The translations under genes were made by a program, and so were the position numbers. Of a DNA stretch of 64,000 nt, positions 51,383-62,007 are shown in pieces. The first letter of the stretch is position 1; each line of letters starts with the position of its first letter. This DNA comes from Candidatus Coprovivens sp. (GTDB taxonomy: Bacteria > Bacillota_I > Bacilli_A > RF39 > UBA660), in NCBI GenBank assembly GCA_051892935.1, contig JBJFGS010000018.1:1-64000 (forward strand). Reading direction: 5' to 3'. The notes below the pieces were generated by a model. It ran no database searches, was not told the DNA's origin, and saw only the letters and a list, made by a program, of their open reading frames with translations.

Positions 51383-51434
51383 CAAACAAATGTTTTATTA
51401 TATTATTGACACGAACGAATGTATGTAATATAAT
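51383..51434 (+). promoter_or_regulatory. Consensus sigmaA promoter with LexA (Cheo) boxes
   Basis: TTGACA(51406)-17-TATAAT(51429); CGAACGAATGTATG in the spacer; CAAACAAATGTTTT at 51383. Confidence 0.8.
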
Positions 51435-51465
51435 AAAGATGGTAAAAGGAAGAAGGAGTGATTAT

Positions 51466-51600
51466 ATGAAAAATGAAACTATTAGAAATATGGCAGGAAT
51501 TATACTATTTTATTTATTTATAGTATTAGGTGTTGTTGCAATTAATGCTAGAATGGCAAGTATTTCTGAAAATGCCAATGTAGTAACCATGTCTAATTAA
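51466..51600 (+). CDS. 44-aa single-TM peptide, putative SOS division inhibitor (YneA/SosA position)
   Basis: AAGGAG SD; MKNETIRNMAGIILFYLFIVLGVVAINARM...; terminator follows. Confidence 0.65.
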   Translation: MKNETIRNMAGIILFYLFIVLGVVAINARMASISENANVVTMSN

Positions 51601-51658
51601 TATCAGTTTTAACTGATATTTTTTTATGATATAATAAAAAAATAGAAGAGGTGTTCAT

Positions 51659-52756
51659 ATGAAAGATAACAACGAAAATAATAACGATAATCTATTTACC
51701 CAAATGTTCGGAATTGAATCAGAACAACAAACTCCACCGATTACAAAAGAAGAGCCAATTATGCAAGAAAATCCATTCCAAACTCTCGATTCATCTGAAC
51801 AACACCCAAATATAAAAGAAGAACAAAATACTCTGGAAGACAACAAATCAATTCAATCATTAAATCAAAACAATCCCAATAAACCAAATAATGAACCAGA
51901 TATAATAACATTAACTTCTACTCCAAAAGAAGAACCAAATACAATAAAAGAACAACCTCCACAAGAAAATATCATTCCAAAATTTGATTCAAATGCTATC
52001 CCAACAAATCAATATAATCAGTACTCAGATAATAATCAATTAGATAATGATGATATATCTACAAACGGAACAGGTTTAAAAATCTCGTTAGTATTAATAG
52101 GAATCATAGTTCTCTCATTTGGATGGTTATATTTTTATAATTTTGTTCTTAATCCTAGCACAGAAAATCCTAACCAACAATTAGAAAAAAACTCATCAAC
52201 TGATGAAAAAGAAGACGAAGAAACAGAAGAACCAATTGTAATTAACTTTTCTCAAAATCTAAGTTTTTATAAAGGTTTAGTAGATGATGAAAACGAACTA
52301 AATCAAGAAACACCTTACGAACCAGCAGCCAAAACAGGAGTTATAAAATGTGAATTAATTGAACCATTAAAAGATAGTTCATTAACTACTAATACAATCA
52401 CATATTTATATTACGAAAAAAACTTATTAAAAAAATCATATATGCAACAAATGATTAATATTAGTGATAAAAATACATTTACTACTTTAGCAAATTACTA
52501 CAAAGAACTTGAAAGTCAATATACTAACACTGAAAATTTTACTCTTGATATTCAAATAGATTATATATCTCAAACTATTACTGTCGGAATATTTTCTAAT
52601 TTAGCATATGGTAGTTATGTAAAATCTCCAATAGAAGGAATGAATCTCCAAATAAAACTAAATTATAACGATACAATAAAGAAATCAATGGGAGTTCTTC
52701 TTGGTGCTGAAGAAACTCTAGGTAACGTAAAATGTAGTTCAGTTAAAACATCATAA
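51659..52756 (+). CDS. Hypothetical single-TM protein with disordered N-region
   Basis: N/Q/P/E-rich N-terminus; TM ISLVLIGIIVLSFGWLYFY. Confidence 0.6.
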   Translation: MKDNNENNNDNLFTQMFGIESEQQTPPITKEEPIMQENPFQTLDSSEQHPNIKEEQNTLEDNKSIQSLNQNNPNKPNNEPDIITLTSTPKEEPNTIKEQPPQENIIPKFDSNAIPTNQYNQYSDNNQLDNDDISTNGTGLKISLVLIGIIVLSFGWLYFYNFVLNPSTENPNQQLEKNSSTDEKEDEETEEPIVINFSQNLSFYKGLVDDENELNQETPYEPAAKTGVIKCELIEPLKDSSLTTNTITYLYYEKNLLKKSYMQQMINISDKNTFTTLANYYKELESQYTNTENFTLDIQIDYISQTITVGIFSNLAYGSYVKSPIEGMNLQIKLNYNDTIKKSMGVLLGAEETLGNVKCSSVKTS

Positions 52757-52830
52757 GCAAATTATCAATTTGCTTTTTTATTTTAAATTAAAAAAATATA
52801 TTGTATAATCTTAATAAGAGGTTGGTAAAC

Positions 52831-53964
52831 ATGAAAAAAAGAATTTTGTTAACTTATGCAATGTATGGTAATGGGCATCGTGCAGTTGCACAATATATTG
52901 AGAGTTATTTCAAATCCCAAGATCCAGAACTTGAAATATTAGCAATCGATTTACTTAAATATTCAACACCAGTTATAGGAAGACTTAGTCAAAAAGTAAC
53001 CGACTTTTTTCTTCTAAAATTTCCCGCTGGATGGTCTTTTATATATAATTTATTTGATTCAAAATTAAGTGCAGCAATAGCTAGTAAAGCTAGTATGGGC
53101 GTTTTTCAAAATAAACATATGAGAAAAGTCATTACAGATTTTAATCCTGATTTAACGATATCTACCCATTTCTTTGGTAGCAGTTTAATTGACTATTACA
53201 ATCGTAAAGGTATAACAAATAGTAAACTTATTACAGTAGTAACTGATTACGAAGCCCACGCGTTATGGTTAAGAGGATACAAAAGGGAACAAGCTATCAT
53301 AGTAGGTGATAAAGATGAAGTATCATACCTAGTTAAAAAAGGTGTTGAACGCTCTAAAATCAAACCAATTGGTATTCCGATAAATCCAATTACTAGTAAT
53401 AACTTTAATGTTGAAAAAGCAACTAAAAAATATGGTTTTTCTGGAGTAAGACCAATCTGCTTATTCTTTGGTGGTGGTGGAAATGGTGGTACATTATCAT
53501 TACCATATATTAAAGGTATAATTAAGAATAATCTAAATATTGATTTTATCTATGTTGCCGGTAAAAATCAAAAATCAAAAGAAAAAGTAGATAAGTGGAT
53601 AGAAGAATACGGAGTAACTAATATCAAAACACTAGGTTTTGTAAATAATGTACCAGAACTATTACAAATCTGTGATTTCGTCGTATCAAAACCAGGTGGA
53701 GCTCAATCAACAGAAAGCCTATATTTTAAAAAGCCAATTATTATGATTAATTGTAGTGGTGGTCAAGAAGTAGCTAATTTCAAATACTTTGAAAAAAATG
53801 GTTACGGAAAAAGATTCAGAACATCATTTATGTTTAACATATACATGAAAAGAATATCTGAAAATCCTAGTATAATTGATAAAATGAAAAAGAACATGAG
53901 TAAAAATAAAAACAATCAAGCTATGGAAAAACTATATAAAATAGCTCTTCAACATCTAAAATAA
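52831..53964 (+). CDS. MGDG synthase/UgtP-like GT28 diacylglycerol glycosyltransferase
   Basis: YGNGH..A, STHF, VVTDY, GIPI, SKPGG, GQE..N. Confidence 0.88.
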   Translation: MKKRILLTYAMYGNGHRAVAQYIESYFKSQDPELEILAIDLLKYSTPVIGRLSQKVTDFFLLKFPAGWSFIYNLFDSKLSAAIASKASMGVFQNKHMRKVITDFNPDLTISTHFFGSSLIDYYNRKGITNSKLITVVTDYEAHALWLRGYKREQAIIVGDKDEVSYLVKKGVERSKIKPIGIPINPITSNNFNVEKATKKYGFSGVRPICLFFGGGGNGGTLSLPYIKGIIKNNLNIDFIYVAGKNQKSKEKVDKWIEEYGVTNIKTLGFVNNVPELLQICDFVVSKPGGAQSTESLYFKKPIIMINCSGGQEVANFKYFEKNGYGKRFRTSFMFNIYMKRISENPSIIDKMKKNMSKNKNNQAMEKLYKIALQHLK

Positions 53965-54069
53965 GTCCTATCAAGGACTTTATTTTAATTTACTACAAAA
54001 AGAAACTTAATTTTTTTAATTTACTATTAACTAAAAATTGGTATAATTATAAAGTAGGAGAGTGATAAT

Positions 54070-56052
54070 ATGAACCCTGAACTTCATTCACTTAATAGTT
54101 TAAGAGTCTTAAGTGTCGACATGATATCATATGCCAAAAGTGGACATCCTGGTATTTGTCTGGGCGCAGCTCCAATTATATTTAGTTTATACACAAATCA
54201 CTTAATAGCAAATCCAGCTGATCCAAAGTGGCCTAATAGAGATCGTTTTGTAATGTCAGCAGGACATGGGTCAGCATTACTTTATGCAATGCTATTCATG
54301 GCCGGATATGATATATCAATTGATGATTTAGTTGACTTCAGAAAAATATCATCAAAGACACCAGGACACCCTGAATATGGAGTAACACCAGGCGTTGAGG
54401 TTTCAACTGGACCATTAGGACAAGGGTTAGCAAACGCAGTTGGAATGGCTATGGCTGAAAAATACCTTGCAGCATTAGTTGAAGAAGAAATACCTAAACA
54501 AAAAGTTATTAATTATCATGTTTACTGTCTTGTTGGTGATGGTGACTTAATGGAAGGTATAGCTGATGAAGCAGCTTCTTTAGCTGGTAATCTTGCATTA
54601 GATAACTTAATAGTATTATATGATTCAAATGATATAACGTTAGATGGTGAAATGAAAAAAACATCTAATACCAACATCATTCAAAAGTATATTAATATGG
54701 GTTGGGAAGTAGACTTTGTCGGTGAAGGAAATGAAATAAAAGAAATTGATAAAGCAATTGAAAGAGCTAAAATAAATCGTAAACCAACCTTAATAGAAAT
54801 CAAAACTGTAATAGGCCGTGGTTCTCAGCACGAAGGAAAAAACCTTGTTCATGGAAAACCATTAAGTAGAGAAGACCTAGTAATTGTAAGAAAAAAATAT
54901 GGTATAGAAACAAACACAATGGAAATAACAGAAAACGCTGTTAAATATGTTCGTGAAACAATTAATAGTCGTGTACGTAATCAATACACAACTTGGAAAA
55001 AATCCCTTGAACAAATAAAAAGAGATGGACCAACTGAAAAATTAAAAAGTATCTTAAATTTCATTGAAACTGGCGATGATGGCTTAAATTTTAGTAGTTC
55101 TAGTTTTAAAATACAAAATAACTATAGTGAAGAATTACGTGAATCAAATTCAAAAATAATGAATATAGTAAGCGATCGCTCAAAATTTTTCTTAGGCGGT
55201 AGTGCTGATTTATCTACATCATGTCATACAGCTTTATATAAAGAAGTAGACTATAGTAGAAAAGAAAGAACAGGAAGAAACATTTTCTTTGGTGTAAGAG
55301 AACATGCTATGGCTGCTATTTTAAATGGAATGTCCTTAAGTGGCTTAAGAACATTCGGTTCAACATTCCTAGTTTTTTCTGACTATCTAAAACCAGCTCT
55401 AAGAATGACTGCTCAAATGAACTTACCAGTTACATATATCTTTACTCATGACTCCGTATCCATAGGGCAAGACGGACCATCCCATCAACCAATAGAACAA
55501 CTAGCAATGCTAAGAACAACTCCAAACTTAATAGTATTCCGCCCTGCAGATATTAATGAAGTAATTGGCAGTTGGGATTATATCATAAGTAATAAACGTC
55601 CAGTAGCTATCGTATTATCCAAAGATGAAGCTCATATCCTTGCTGGAACAAGTGGAGAACAAACTAAAAATGGTGCATACATAATCAAAAAAGAAACATC
55701 AAGATTAGATGCTGTTTTAATAAGTACTGGAATAGATCTAACAACAACTTATTTAATAAGTGAAGAATTACGTAGTAGAGGAATAGATACTAGATTAGTA
55801 TCAATGCCATCTGTCGAAGTCTTCCTAAATCAATCAGAAAGTTATCAAAACGAAATTATTCCACCAAATGCCAAAGTAATAACCGTGGAAGCATCCTCAA
55901 CAATGCCTTGGTATCGTTTTGCTTCACGTGGTTGTGCAATAGGTATGGATGAATTTGGTTATAGTGGTAAAAAAGATGATGTTTTAGAAAAAATGAACTT
56001 TGATTACGATTCAATAATGAAAAAAGTAGAAAACTGTATTAGAAATAACTAA
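54070..56052 (+). CDS. tkt: Transketolase
   Basis: SGHPG, RDRFVMSAGH, GDGDLMEG, FGVREH, THDS..GQDGPSHQP. Confidence 0.97.
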   Translation: MNPELHSLNSLRVLSVDMISYAKSGHPGICLGAAPIIFSLYTNHLIANPADPKWPNRDRFVMSAGHGSALLYAMLFMAGYDISIDDLVDFRKISSKTPGHPEYGVTPGVEVSTGPLGQGLANAVGMAMAEKYLAALVEEEIPKQKVINYHVYCLVGDGDLMEGIADEAASLAGNLALDNLIVLYDSNDITLDGEMKKTSNTNIIQKYINMGWEVDFVGEGNEIKEIDKAIERAKINRKPTLIEIKTVIGRGSQHEGKNLVHGKPLSREDLVIVRKKYGIETNTMEITENAVKYVRETINSRVRNQYTTWKKSLEQIKRDGPTEKLKSILNFIETGDDGLNFSSSSFKIQNNYSEELRESNSKIMNIVSDRSKFFLGGSADLSTSCHTALYKEVDYSRKERTGRNIFFGVREHAMAAILNGMSLSGLRTFGSTFLVFSDYLKPALRMTAQMNLPVTYIFTHDSVSIGQDGPSHQPIEQLAMLRTTPNLIVFRPADINEVIGSWDYIISNKRPVAIVLSKDEAHILAGTSGEQTKNGAYIIKKETSRLDAVLISTGIDLTTTYLISEELRSRGIDTRLVSMPSVEVFLNQSESYQNEIIPPNAKVITVEASSTMPWYRFASRGCAIGMDEFGYSGKKDDVLEKMNFDYDSIMKKVENCIRNN

Positions 56053-56066
56053 AAACGACAAAAACT

Positions 56067-56100
56067 AATCACCAAGTTTTATAAAATAAACTTGGTGATT
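56067..56100 (+). promoter_or_regulatory. SD-sequestering/terminator-like hairpin before sirA
   Basis: Perfect 13-bp IR AATCACCAAGTTT/AAACTTGGTGATT; loop TATAAAAT. Confidence 0.7.
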
Positions 56101-56103
56101 TTA

Positions 56104-56517
56104 ATGAGAACTTTCTACCTATTTAAAATAAAACCAGAATACTCAATACTAACAAAAGAAAATCCCTATAACCTATATAAAGCAATAGAAGGAATATACC
56201 ACTTAAAACAAGAAGAACTAACAAATGGATATAACTTCTTTAATCAAATAAGAGATACATTTAATAAAGAATACCTAGATAACAACATATTTGAATACTA
56301 TAAAAATAAGTATACTTATACTAAAGTAAATAACACACATATAATAAATGATTATTATACAGAAGAAAAATCAAAACTAATAATAAACAAAACATACCTT
56401 ATAATTAAAACAACTCTAGAATATTCTTCATTCTTAAAAGCTATAACTAAGAAAAAAAATATCTTTGTTTGTGATTTTGATAATATAGATTACTTTTGGT
56501 TAGAAGAATATCAATAA
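56104..56517 (+). CDS. sirA: Sporulation inhibitor of replication SirA (YneE)
   Basis: MRTFYLFKIK start and FVCDFDN..YFWL end; tkt-sirA-yneF synteny. Confidence 0.8.
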   Translation: MRTFYLFKIKPEYSILTKENPYNLYKAIEGIYHLKQEELTNGYNFFNQIRDTFNKEYLDNNIFEYYKNKYTYTKVNNTHIINDYYTEEKSKLIINKTYLIIKTTLEYSSFLKAITKKKNIFVCDFDNIDYFWLEEYQ

Positions 56518-56574
56518 TCACTTGTTAAATACATAAATATTTAGTAAAATAAACATACAAAGGAGAGTGCTAAT

Positions 56575-56784
56575 ATGTGGATAGACATCTTATATATAGT
56601 AATAGGCTTAGTAGTAGGATTTATTATAGGATTTCTTATTACTAGAAAAATATTTAAAAAACAATTAGAGGAAAATCCTCCAATAAATAAAAAAATGATA
56701 GAAGCTATGATGAGTAGTATGGGAAGAAAACCAAGTCAAAAACAAGTAAGACAAGTAATGCAACAAATGAATAAGTTCAGATAA
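56575..56784 (+). CDS. yneF: YneF (UPF0154) protein
   Basis: [22 protein letters not shown]. Confidence 0.92.
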   Translation: MWIDILYIVIGLVVGFIIGFLITRKIFKKQLEENPPINKKMIEAMMSSMGRKPSQKQVRQVMQQMNKFR

Positions 56785-56922
56785 AAAGATATTTTTAAAT
56801 ATCTTTTTTTAAATATCTTTAAAAAAATAAAAAAATGTCGTACAATATTTTTATAAATAACAATTGAGAAATATACATATTTTATGTTATTCTTAATATA
56901 TAGAATAAAAGGGTGTGCGACA

Positions 56923-57420
56923 ATGAATTTACTAATCGTTTTAAATATAATTAATCAAATATATGAACATGAACTATTTCCTAAAGTTTTAACATGCGCA
57001 ATTATACTCCTAATATTTTTATTTATTTTAATCTTTATAATAGGTCTTCGTGACGCAAAAAAAACAAAAAATCCCCCTAAAATTGAAGAAGAAGATATAA
57101 AAGATATTACATTTGATGTTGTAAAAGAACAAAATCAAATAAAAGAAGATGTTACATTTGAAATGCCCGTTTTGACAAAAAATCTAGAAGACTTCAAAAA
57201 AAACCTTGAAGAAGAAATTCAAAAAGAATCAGAAGTAGAAATAATGAAAACAATAAATCCAGATATTCCAGAAGAAAAAGCAACCAAAATTCTTGATATT
57301 AAAGAAATAGAAGATACCGCGATACTTCCTGAACTAGTTACTGAAAGAATCGAGAAACTAAAAGAAAATAGTGAAAAAGAAATGGAATTACCAAAATATT
57401 CAAACAAGTCCGAAAAATAA
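56923..57420 (+). CDS. Hypothetical membrane protein with acidic tail
   Basis: TM followed by an E/K-rich region. Confidence 0.55.
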   Translation: MNLLIVLNIINQIYEHELFPKVLTCAIILLIFLFILIFIIGLRDAKKTKNPPKIEEEDIKDITFDVVKEQNQIKEDVTFEMPVLTKNLEDFKKNLEEEIQKESEVEIMKTINPDIPEEKATKILDIKEIEDTAILPELVTERIEKLKENSEKEMELPKYSNKSEK

Positions 57421-57422
57421 AG

Positions 57423-57462
57423 GAGAATTGACATTATCAATCGTCAAATCTCTTTTTTTTTT
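57423..57462 (+). terminator. Intrinsic terminator
   Basis: GAGAATTGAC/GTCAAATCTC stem plus T10. Confidence 0.7.
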
Positions 57463-57499
57463 CACCAAACTTGTGTTATACTAGCTATGGTGAAAAAGA

Positions 57500-59410
57500 A
57501 TGACAACAACAAAATATGACGAAACATCTATAAAAATATTAGAAGGCCTAGATGCCGTAAGAAAACGTCCTGGTATGTACATTGGATCTACAGATAAAAG
57601 AGGACTTCATCATTTAGTTTGGGAAATTGTCGATAATGCCATTGATGAAAGTATTAACGGCTTCGGCGACTACATAAAAATTACCCTTAATAAAGATGGC
57701 TCAGTAACAATAGAAGACCATGGTCGCGGAGTTCCAATAGGAAAACACGAAAGTGGAATGTCAACTCCAGAAGTAGTATACACAATACTTCATGCCGGAG
57801 GTAAATTTGAAGAATCAGGATACAAAGTATCAGGAGGACTACATGGAGTAGGTGCATCAGTAGTTAATGCTCTTAGTAAAAAAATGGAAGTAACAATTTA
57901 CAAAGAAGGCGTTATAAGTAATATAAAATTTGAAAATGGTGGCCATACTGTCCAAAAACTAAAACAAATAGGTACAACAAATAGAACTGGTACAACAGTA
58001 ACATTTTTACCAGATCCAGAAATATTTAAAAGTACTAATTTTTCATTTACAACAATTACTGAACGTATGCAAGAAAGCGCATTTTTACTTAGCGGTTTAA
58101 CTATTGAAGTAATAGACGAAGAAGATAATCGTAGTGCTAAATTTTTCTACGAAAATGGTTTAATAAACTTCGTTGAATACATTAACGAAGGAAAAACAGT
58201 TCTACATAAAGTAATCAGCTTTAATGGTATAAAACAAGGTATAGAAGTAGATATAGCACTTCAATATCAAGAAGGCTATAACGAAAATATTTTATCATTT
58301 GTAAATAACGTTAAAACAAGCGATGGTGGTACACATGAAACCGGATTTAAATCAGGTATTACTAAAGCTTTTAATGACTACGCAAAAGAAAATAATATCT
58401 TAAAAGGAAAAGATGCTACATTCGAAGGCTCAGACGTCCGTGAAGGATTAAGTGCTGTAATTAATCTAAAAATACCAGAAGCACTTCTTCAATTCGAAGG
58501 TCAAACTAAAGGAAAATTAGGTACACCAGAAGCACGTACTGTAACAGAACAAATAACATATGAAAATATGAAATTCTTCTTAGAAGAAAACCGTGAAATA
58601 GCATTAACTATTGTTGAAAAAGCATCTCGTAGTAAAGTTGCCCGTGAAGCCGCACGAAAAGCCAGAGAAGCAGCACGAAGTGGTAAAGGTAAAGAAAAGA
58701 AAGAAAAAATACTTAGTGGAAAACTAGCTAAAGCAACAGGTAAAGACTTTACCAAAAATGAACTGTTCCTAGTCGAAGGAGACTCTGCTGGAGGTTCAGC
58801 TAAAACAGGAAGAAATAGAGAAACACAAGCAATTTTACCATTAAGAGGTAAAGTTCTTAATTGTGAAAAAGCATCTAATAATGATATAAATAGTAACGAA
58901 GAATTAAATACCTTAACATATGCTATAGGTGCTGGAATAGGTAATGAATTTGACCCAGCAGAATCAAACTATGGAAAAGTAATAATAATGACCGATGCCG
59001 ATGATGATGGCGCTCATATTCAAATACTTCTTTTAACATTTTTCTATCGTTTCATGCGCCCTTTAATAGAAGCAGGAATGTTGTATATTGCTAATCCCCC
59101 TTTATATGCCCTTGATTTTGGAAAATATAAAGAATACGTAGCAACAGACGAAGACTTAGAAAAAAGAAAAAAAGAAGTAAAACAAGCATACAAAGTTCAA
59201 CGATTTAAAGGTTTAGGTGAAATGGATGCCGATGAACTATACGAAACAACAATGAACCCTGCAACAAGAAGTTTAATAAAAGTAACCATTGATGATGCAG
59301 CATTAGCTGAAAAACGTGTTTCAGTACTTATGGGTGATAAAGTTGAACCACGTAAAGAATGGATAGAAGAAAACGTTGACTTTACATTAGAAGATGGATT
59401 TAGGAGGTAA
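57500..59410 (+). CDS. parE: DNA topoisomerase IV subunit B
   Basis: RKRPGMYIGST, EGDSAGG, PLRGK, MTDADDDGAHI, VEPRKEWIE; paired with parC. Confidence 0.93.
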   Translation: MTTTKYDETSIKILEGLDAVRKRPGMYIGSTDKRGLHHLVWEIVDNAIDESINGFGDYIKITLNKDGSVTIEDHGRGVPIGKHESGMSTPEVVYTILHAGGKFEESGYKVSGGLHGVGASVVNALSKKMEVTIYKEGVISNIKFENGGHTVQKLKQIGTTNRTGTTVTFLPDPEIFKSTNFSFTTITERMQESAFLLSGLTIEVIDEEDNRSAKFFYENGLINFVEYINEGKTVLHKVISFNGIKQGIEVDIALQYQEGYNENILSFVNNVKTSDGGTHETGFKSGITKAFNDYAKENNILKGKDATFEGSDVREGLSAVINLKIPEALLQFEGQTKGKLGTPEARTVTEQITYENMKFFLEENREIALTIVEKASRSKVAREAARKAREAARSGKGKEKKEKILSGKLAKATGKDFTKNELFLVEGDSAGGSAKTGRNRETQAILPLRGKVLNCEKASNNDINSNEELNTLTYAIGAGIGNEFDPAESNYGKVIIMTDADDDGAHIQILLLTFFYRFMRPLIEAGMLYIANPPLYALDFGKYKEYVATDEDLEKRKKEVKQAYKVQRFKGLGEMDADELYETTMNPATRSLIKVTIDDAALAEKRVSVLMGDKVEPRKEWIEENVDFTLEDGFRR

Positions 59411-59415
59411 TCAAA

Positions 59416-61962
59416 ATGGCAAAGACAAAAGAAGAAAAAAATATCATCGAGAAAATATATGATTATACTCTAGAAGATATAATGGGGGATAGATTTGGAA
59501 GATATTCCAAATCTATTATCCAAGATCGTGCTCTACCAGATGTAAGAGATGGTCTAAAGCCAGTTCAAAGAAGAATTCTATATACAATGTGGGAAAGTAA
59601 AAACACTCACGATAAACCATATCGCAAATGCGCCAAAGCAGTTGGTGATGTAATGGGAAAATACCATCCACATGGTGATTCTTCAATATATGGTGCCATG
59701 ATATATATGTCTCAACCATGGAAAATGCGTGAAATATTTATTGATATTCATGGAAATAATGGTTCAATTGATGGAGATGGTCCAGCAGCTCATCGTTATA
59801 CAGAAACAAGACTTACTAAATTAGCTTTAGTAATGCTTAAAGACATTAATCGTGATGCTGTAGAAATGACCCTTAATTACGCTGATGAAGACTTAGAACC
59901 AACAGTTCTACCAGCAAACTTTCCAAACCTATTAGTTAATGGTTCTACAGGTATTTCAGCTGGATACGCAACAAACATTCCACCACACAATCTTGGTGAA
60001 ATAATTGATGCAACAATTCATCGTATTGATAATCCAAACTGCCGTTTAGATACGATTTTAAATATCGTTAAAGGACCAGACTTTCCAACAGGTGGTGTAG
60101 TTGAAGGAAAAGAAGGATTACTACAAGCATATTCAACAGGACGTGGTCGTGTTGTTGTAAAAGCTCGTACTGAAATCGTAAAAGAAAAAGGTACTCATCA
60201 AATCATTATTCATGAAATACCTTATGATGTTTTAAAAGAACAACTACGCAAGAAAATTGAAGATATCAAAATAGATAAAAAAGTAGAAGGCATTACCGAT
60301 ATAATAGATGTTTCTGATAAAGAACACATGGCCAAAATTATCATCGAACTAAAAAAAGATGCTAATGCTGAACTAATTTTAAACTATTTACTAAAAAATA
60401 CTGATTTACAAGTAAACTATAATTTTAATATGGTAGCAATTGTAAATCGTCGTCCAAAACAATTAAGTATTTTAGAAATATTAGATGCTTTCATAAGTCA
60501 TCAAAAAGATGTTATATTACGTCGAACTAGATTCGACCTTGGAAAAGCTAAAGAAAGATTACATATCGTAGAAGGCTTATTAAAAGCAGTCGATATAATG
60601 GATGAAATAATAAAGATAATTAGAGCTTCTAAAAATAAGCAAGACTCTATTGATAATCTTGTAAGTAAATTTGCTTTCACTATTGAGCAAGCAACAGCAA
60701 TCGTAATGATGCGCTTATATACATTATCAAATACAGATATAAATTTATTATTAGAAGAACAAGAAAATCTTCGTAAAATGATTGAATTCTTAACTTCAAT
60801 TCTTGAAGATGAAGAAATATTGAAAAAGCAAATGAAATCAAGTTTAATTGAAATCAAAAAAGAATTCGGAACTCCACGTCGTACAGAAATAAAAGATGAA
60901 GTTACTGAAGTTAAATTCGATCCAAAAGATATGATTCCAAAAGAAAATGTTATCGTTGTCGCAACAAATGAAGGATATGTAAAACGTATTCCTATAAAAT
61001 CATATGTTAGTGCTAGTAGTGAACCTACTACTTTAAAACCAGGAGATTTTATAAGAGGTTTATATAGTACAACTACACTTGATACATTATTAATGTTCAC
61101 TAATCTAGGTCATTATTTATATGTCCCAGTTCATGAGATAGTAGAAACAAAGTGGAAAGAATTAGGTAAACATATTAGTAATCTAATTCAAATAAGTGCT
61201 GAAGAAAAAATTATCTCTGCCATGATTCTTGATAATCCAAAAGATAATATAATAATGACAACTAAAAATGGTATTACAAAACGTACAAATCTTGAAAAAT
61301 TAATAGTAAGTAGATATACAAAACCAATAAATGCTATGAAACTAAAAGATGATGATGAAATAGTTTCTGTAGTAAAAGATAATGGCCGCGCTATTTTTGT
61401 AACAGAAACTGGATATTATGTAAACATTGATTCAAACGAAATCCCTATTGTTGGAGCAAAAGCATCAGGAGTAAAAGGAATCAACGTTAAAGACGATCAC
61501 GTAGTTACATGTATGTCACCTGCACCATATGATGAATACATAACAATATTTACTAATAAAAATACATCAAAACGTATTAAAATATGTGAACTTGATACCA
61601 TGACAAGAGCTAAAAAAGGATCAACATTAATAAAAAAAGTAAAATCTACAAATTACAAAATAACAAATGCAATATCAGTTAACAATCGTGATATTGTAAG
61701 TATAAAAACTGATGGTGATTTTAAAGAAATAAAAACTACTGAACTACCAATTATGGACTTATCATCAACAGGAAGTACTATTTCTAAAACACCAATTGAA
61801 GATAGTTTCAAAGTAGCCGAATTAGTTGAACGAAAAATAGAACTTAATGCAACAGAAGAATCCCTAAATAAGAATGTAGATAATATAGAAGAATTACCAA
61901 AAGAAAAAAAAGAAAATCAAGAACTTACAATTAATGACTTCTTAGAAGATTTTAAATTATAG
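59416..61962 (+). CDS. parC: DNA topoisomerase IV subunit A
   Basis: [35 protein letters not shown]. Confidence 0.93.
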   Translation: MAKTKEEKNIIEKIYDYTLEDIMGDRFGRYSKSIIQDRALPDVRDGLKPVQRRILYTMWESKNTHDKPYRKCAKAVGDVMGKYHPHGDSSIYGAMIYMSQPWKMREIFIDIHGNNGSIDGDGPAAHRYTETRLTKLALVMLKDINRDAVEMTLNYADEDLEPTVLPANFPNLLVNGSTGISAGYATNIPPHNLGEIIDATIHRIDNPNCRLDTILNIVKGPDFPTGGVVEGKEGLLQAYSTGRGRVVVKARTEIVKEKGTHQIIIHEIPYDVLKEQLRKKIEDIKIDKKVEGITDIIDVSDKEHMAKIIIELKKDANAELILNYLLKNTDLQVNYNFNMVAIVNRRPKQLSILEILDAFISHQKDVILRRTRFDLGKAKERLHIVEGLLKAVDIMDEIIKIIRASKNKQDSIDNLVSKFAFTIEQATAIVMMRLYTLSNTDINLLLEEQENLRKMIEFLTSILEDEEILKKQMKSSLIEIKKEFGTPRRTEIKDEVTEVKFDPKDMIPKENVIVVATNEGYVKRIPIKSYVSASSEPTTLKPGDFIRGLYSTTTLDTLLMFTNLGHYLYVPVHEIVETKWKELGKHISNLIQISAEEKIISAMILDNPKDNIIMTTKNGITKRTNLEKLIVSRYTKPINAMKLKDDDEIVSVVKDNGRAIFVTETGYYVNIDSNEIPIVGAKASGVKGINVKDDHVVTCMSPAPYDEYITIFTNKNTSKRIKICELDTMTRAKKGSTLIKKVKSTNYKITNAISVNNRDIVSIKTDGDFKEIKTTELPIMDLSSTGSTISKTPIEDSFKVAELVERKIELNATEESLNKNVDNIEELPKEKKENQELTINDFLEDFKL

Positions 61963-61964
61963 TA

Positions 61965-62007
61965 AAAAAATCACTTATTAAACATAAAATTTAATAGGTG
62001 ATTTTTT
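61965..62007 (+). promoter_or_regulatory. Terminator/anti-SD hairpin before ylbD with CATAAAAT -10 in the loop
   Basis: 18-bp stem with one G-U pair, ending at the ATG. Confidence 0.7.

Noticed and set aside
51406-51465. TTG start of the 64-aa ORF in the track
   Set aside because: That TTG is the -35 box; the SD supports ATG 51466
56865-56892. dif-like site (TTATGTTA)
   Set aside because: Poor XerC arm, and no switch in gene orientation or purine bias across the site
57500-61962. gyrB-gyrA
   Set aside because: ParC-type N-terminus, no GyrA box seen, ParE-type C-terminus, and location near tkt/yneF
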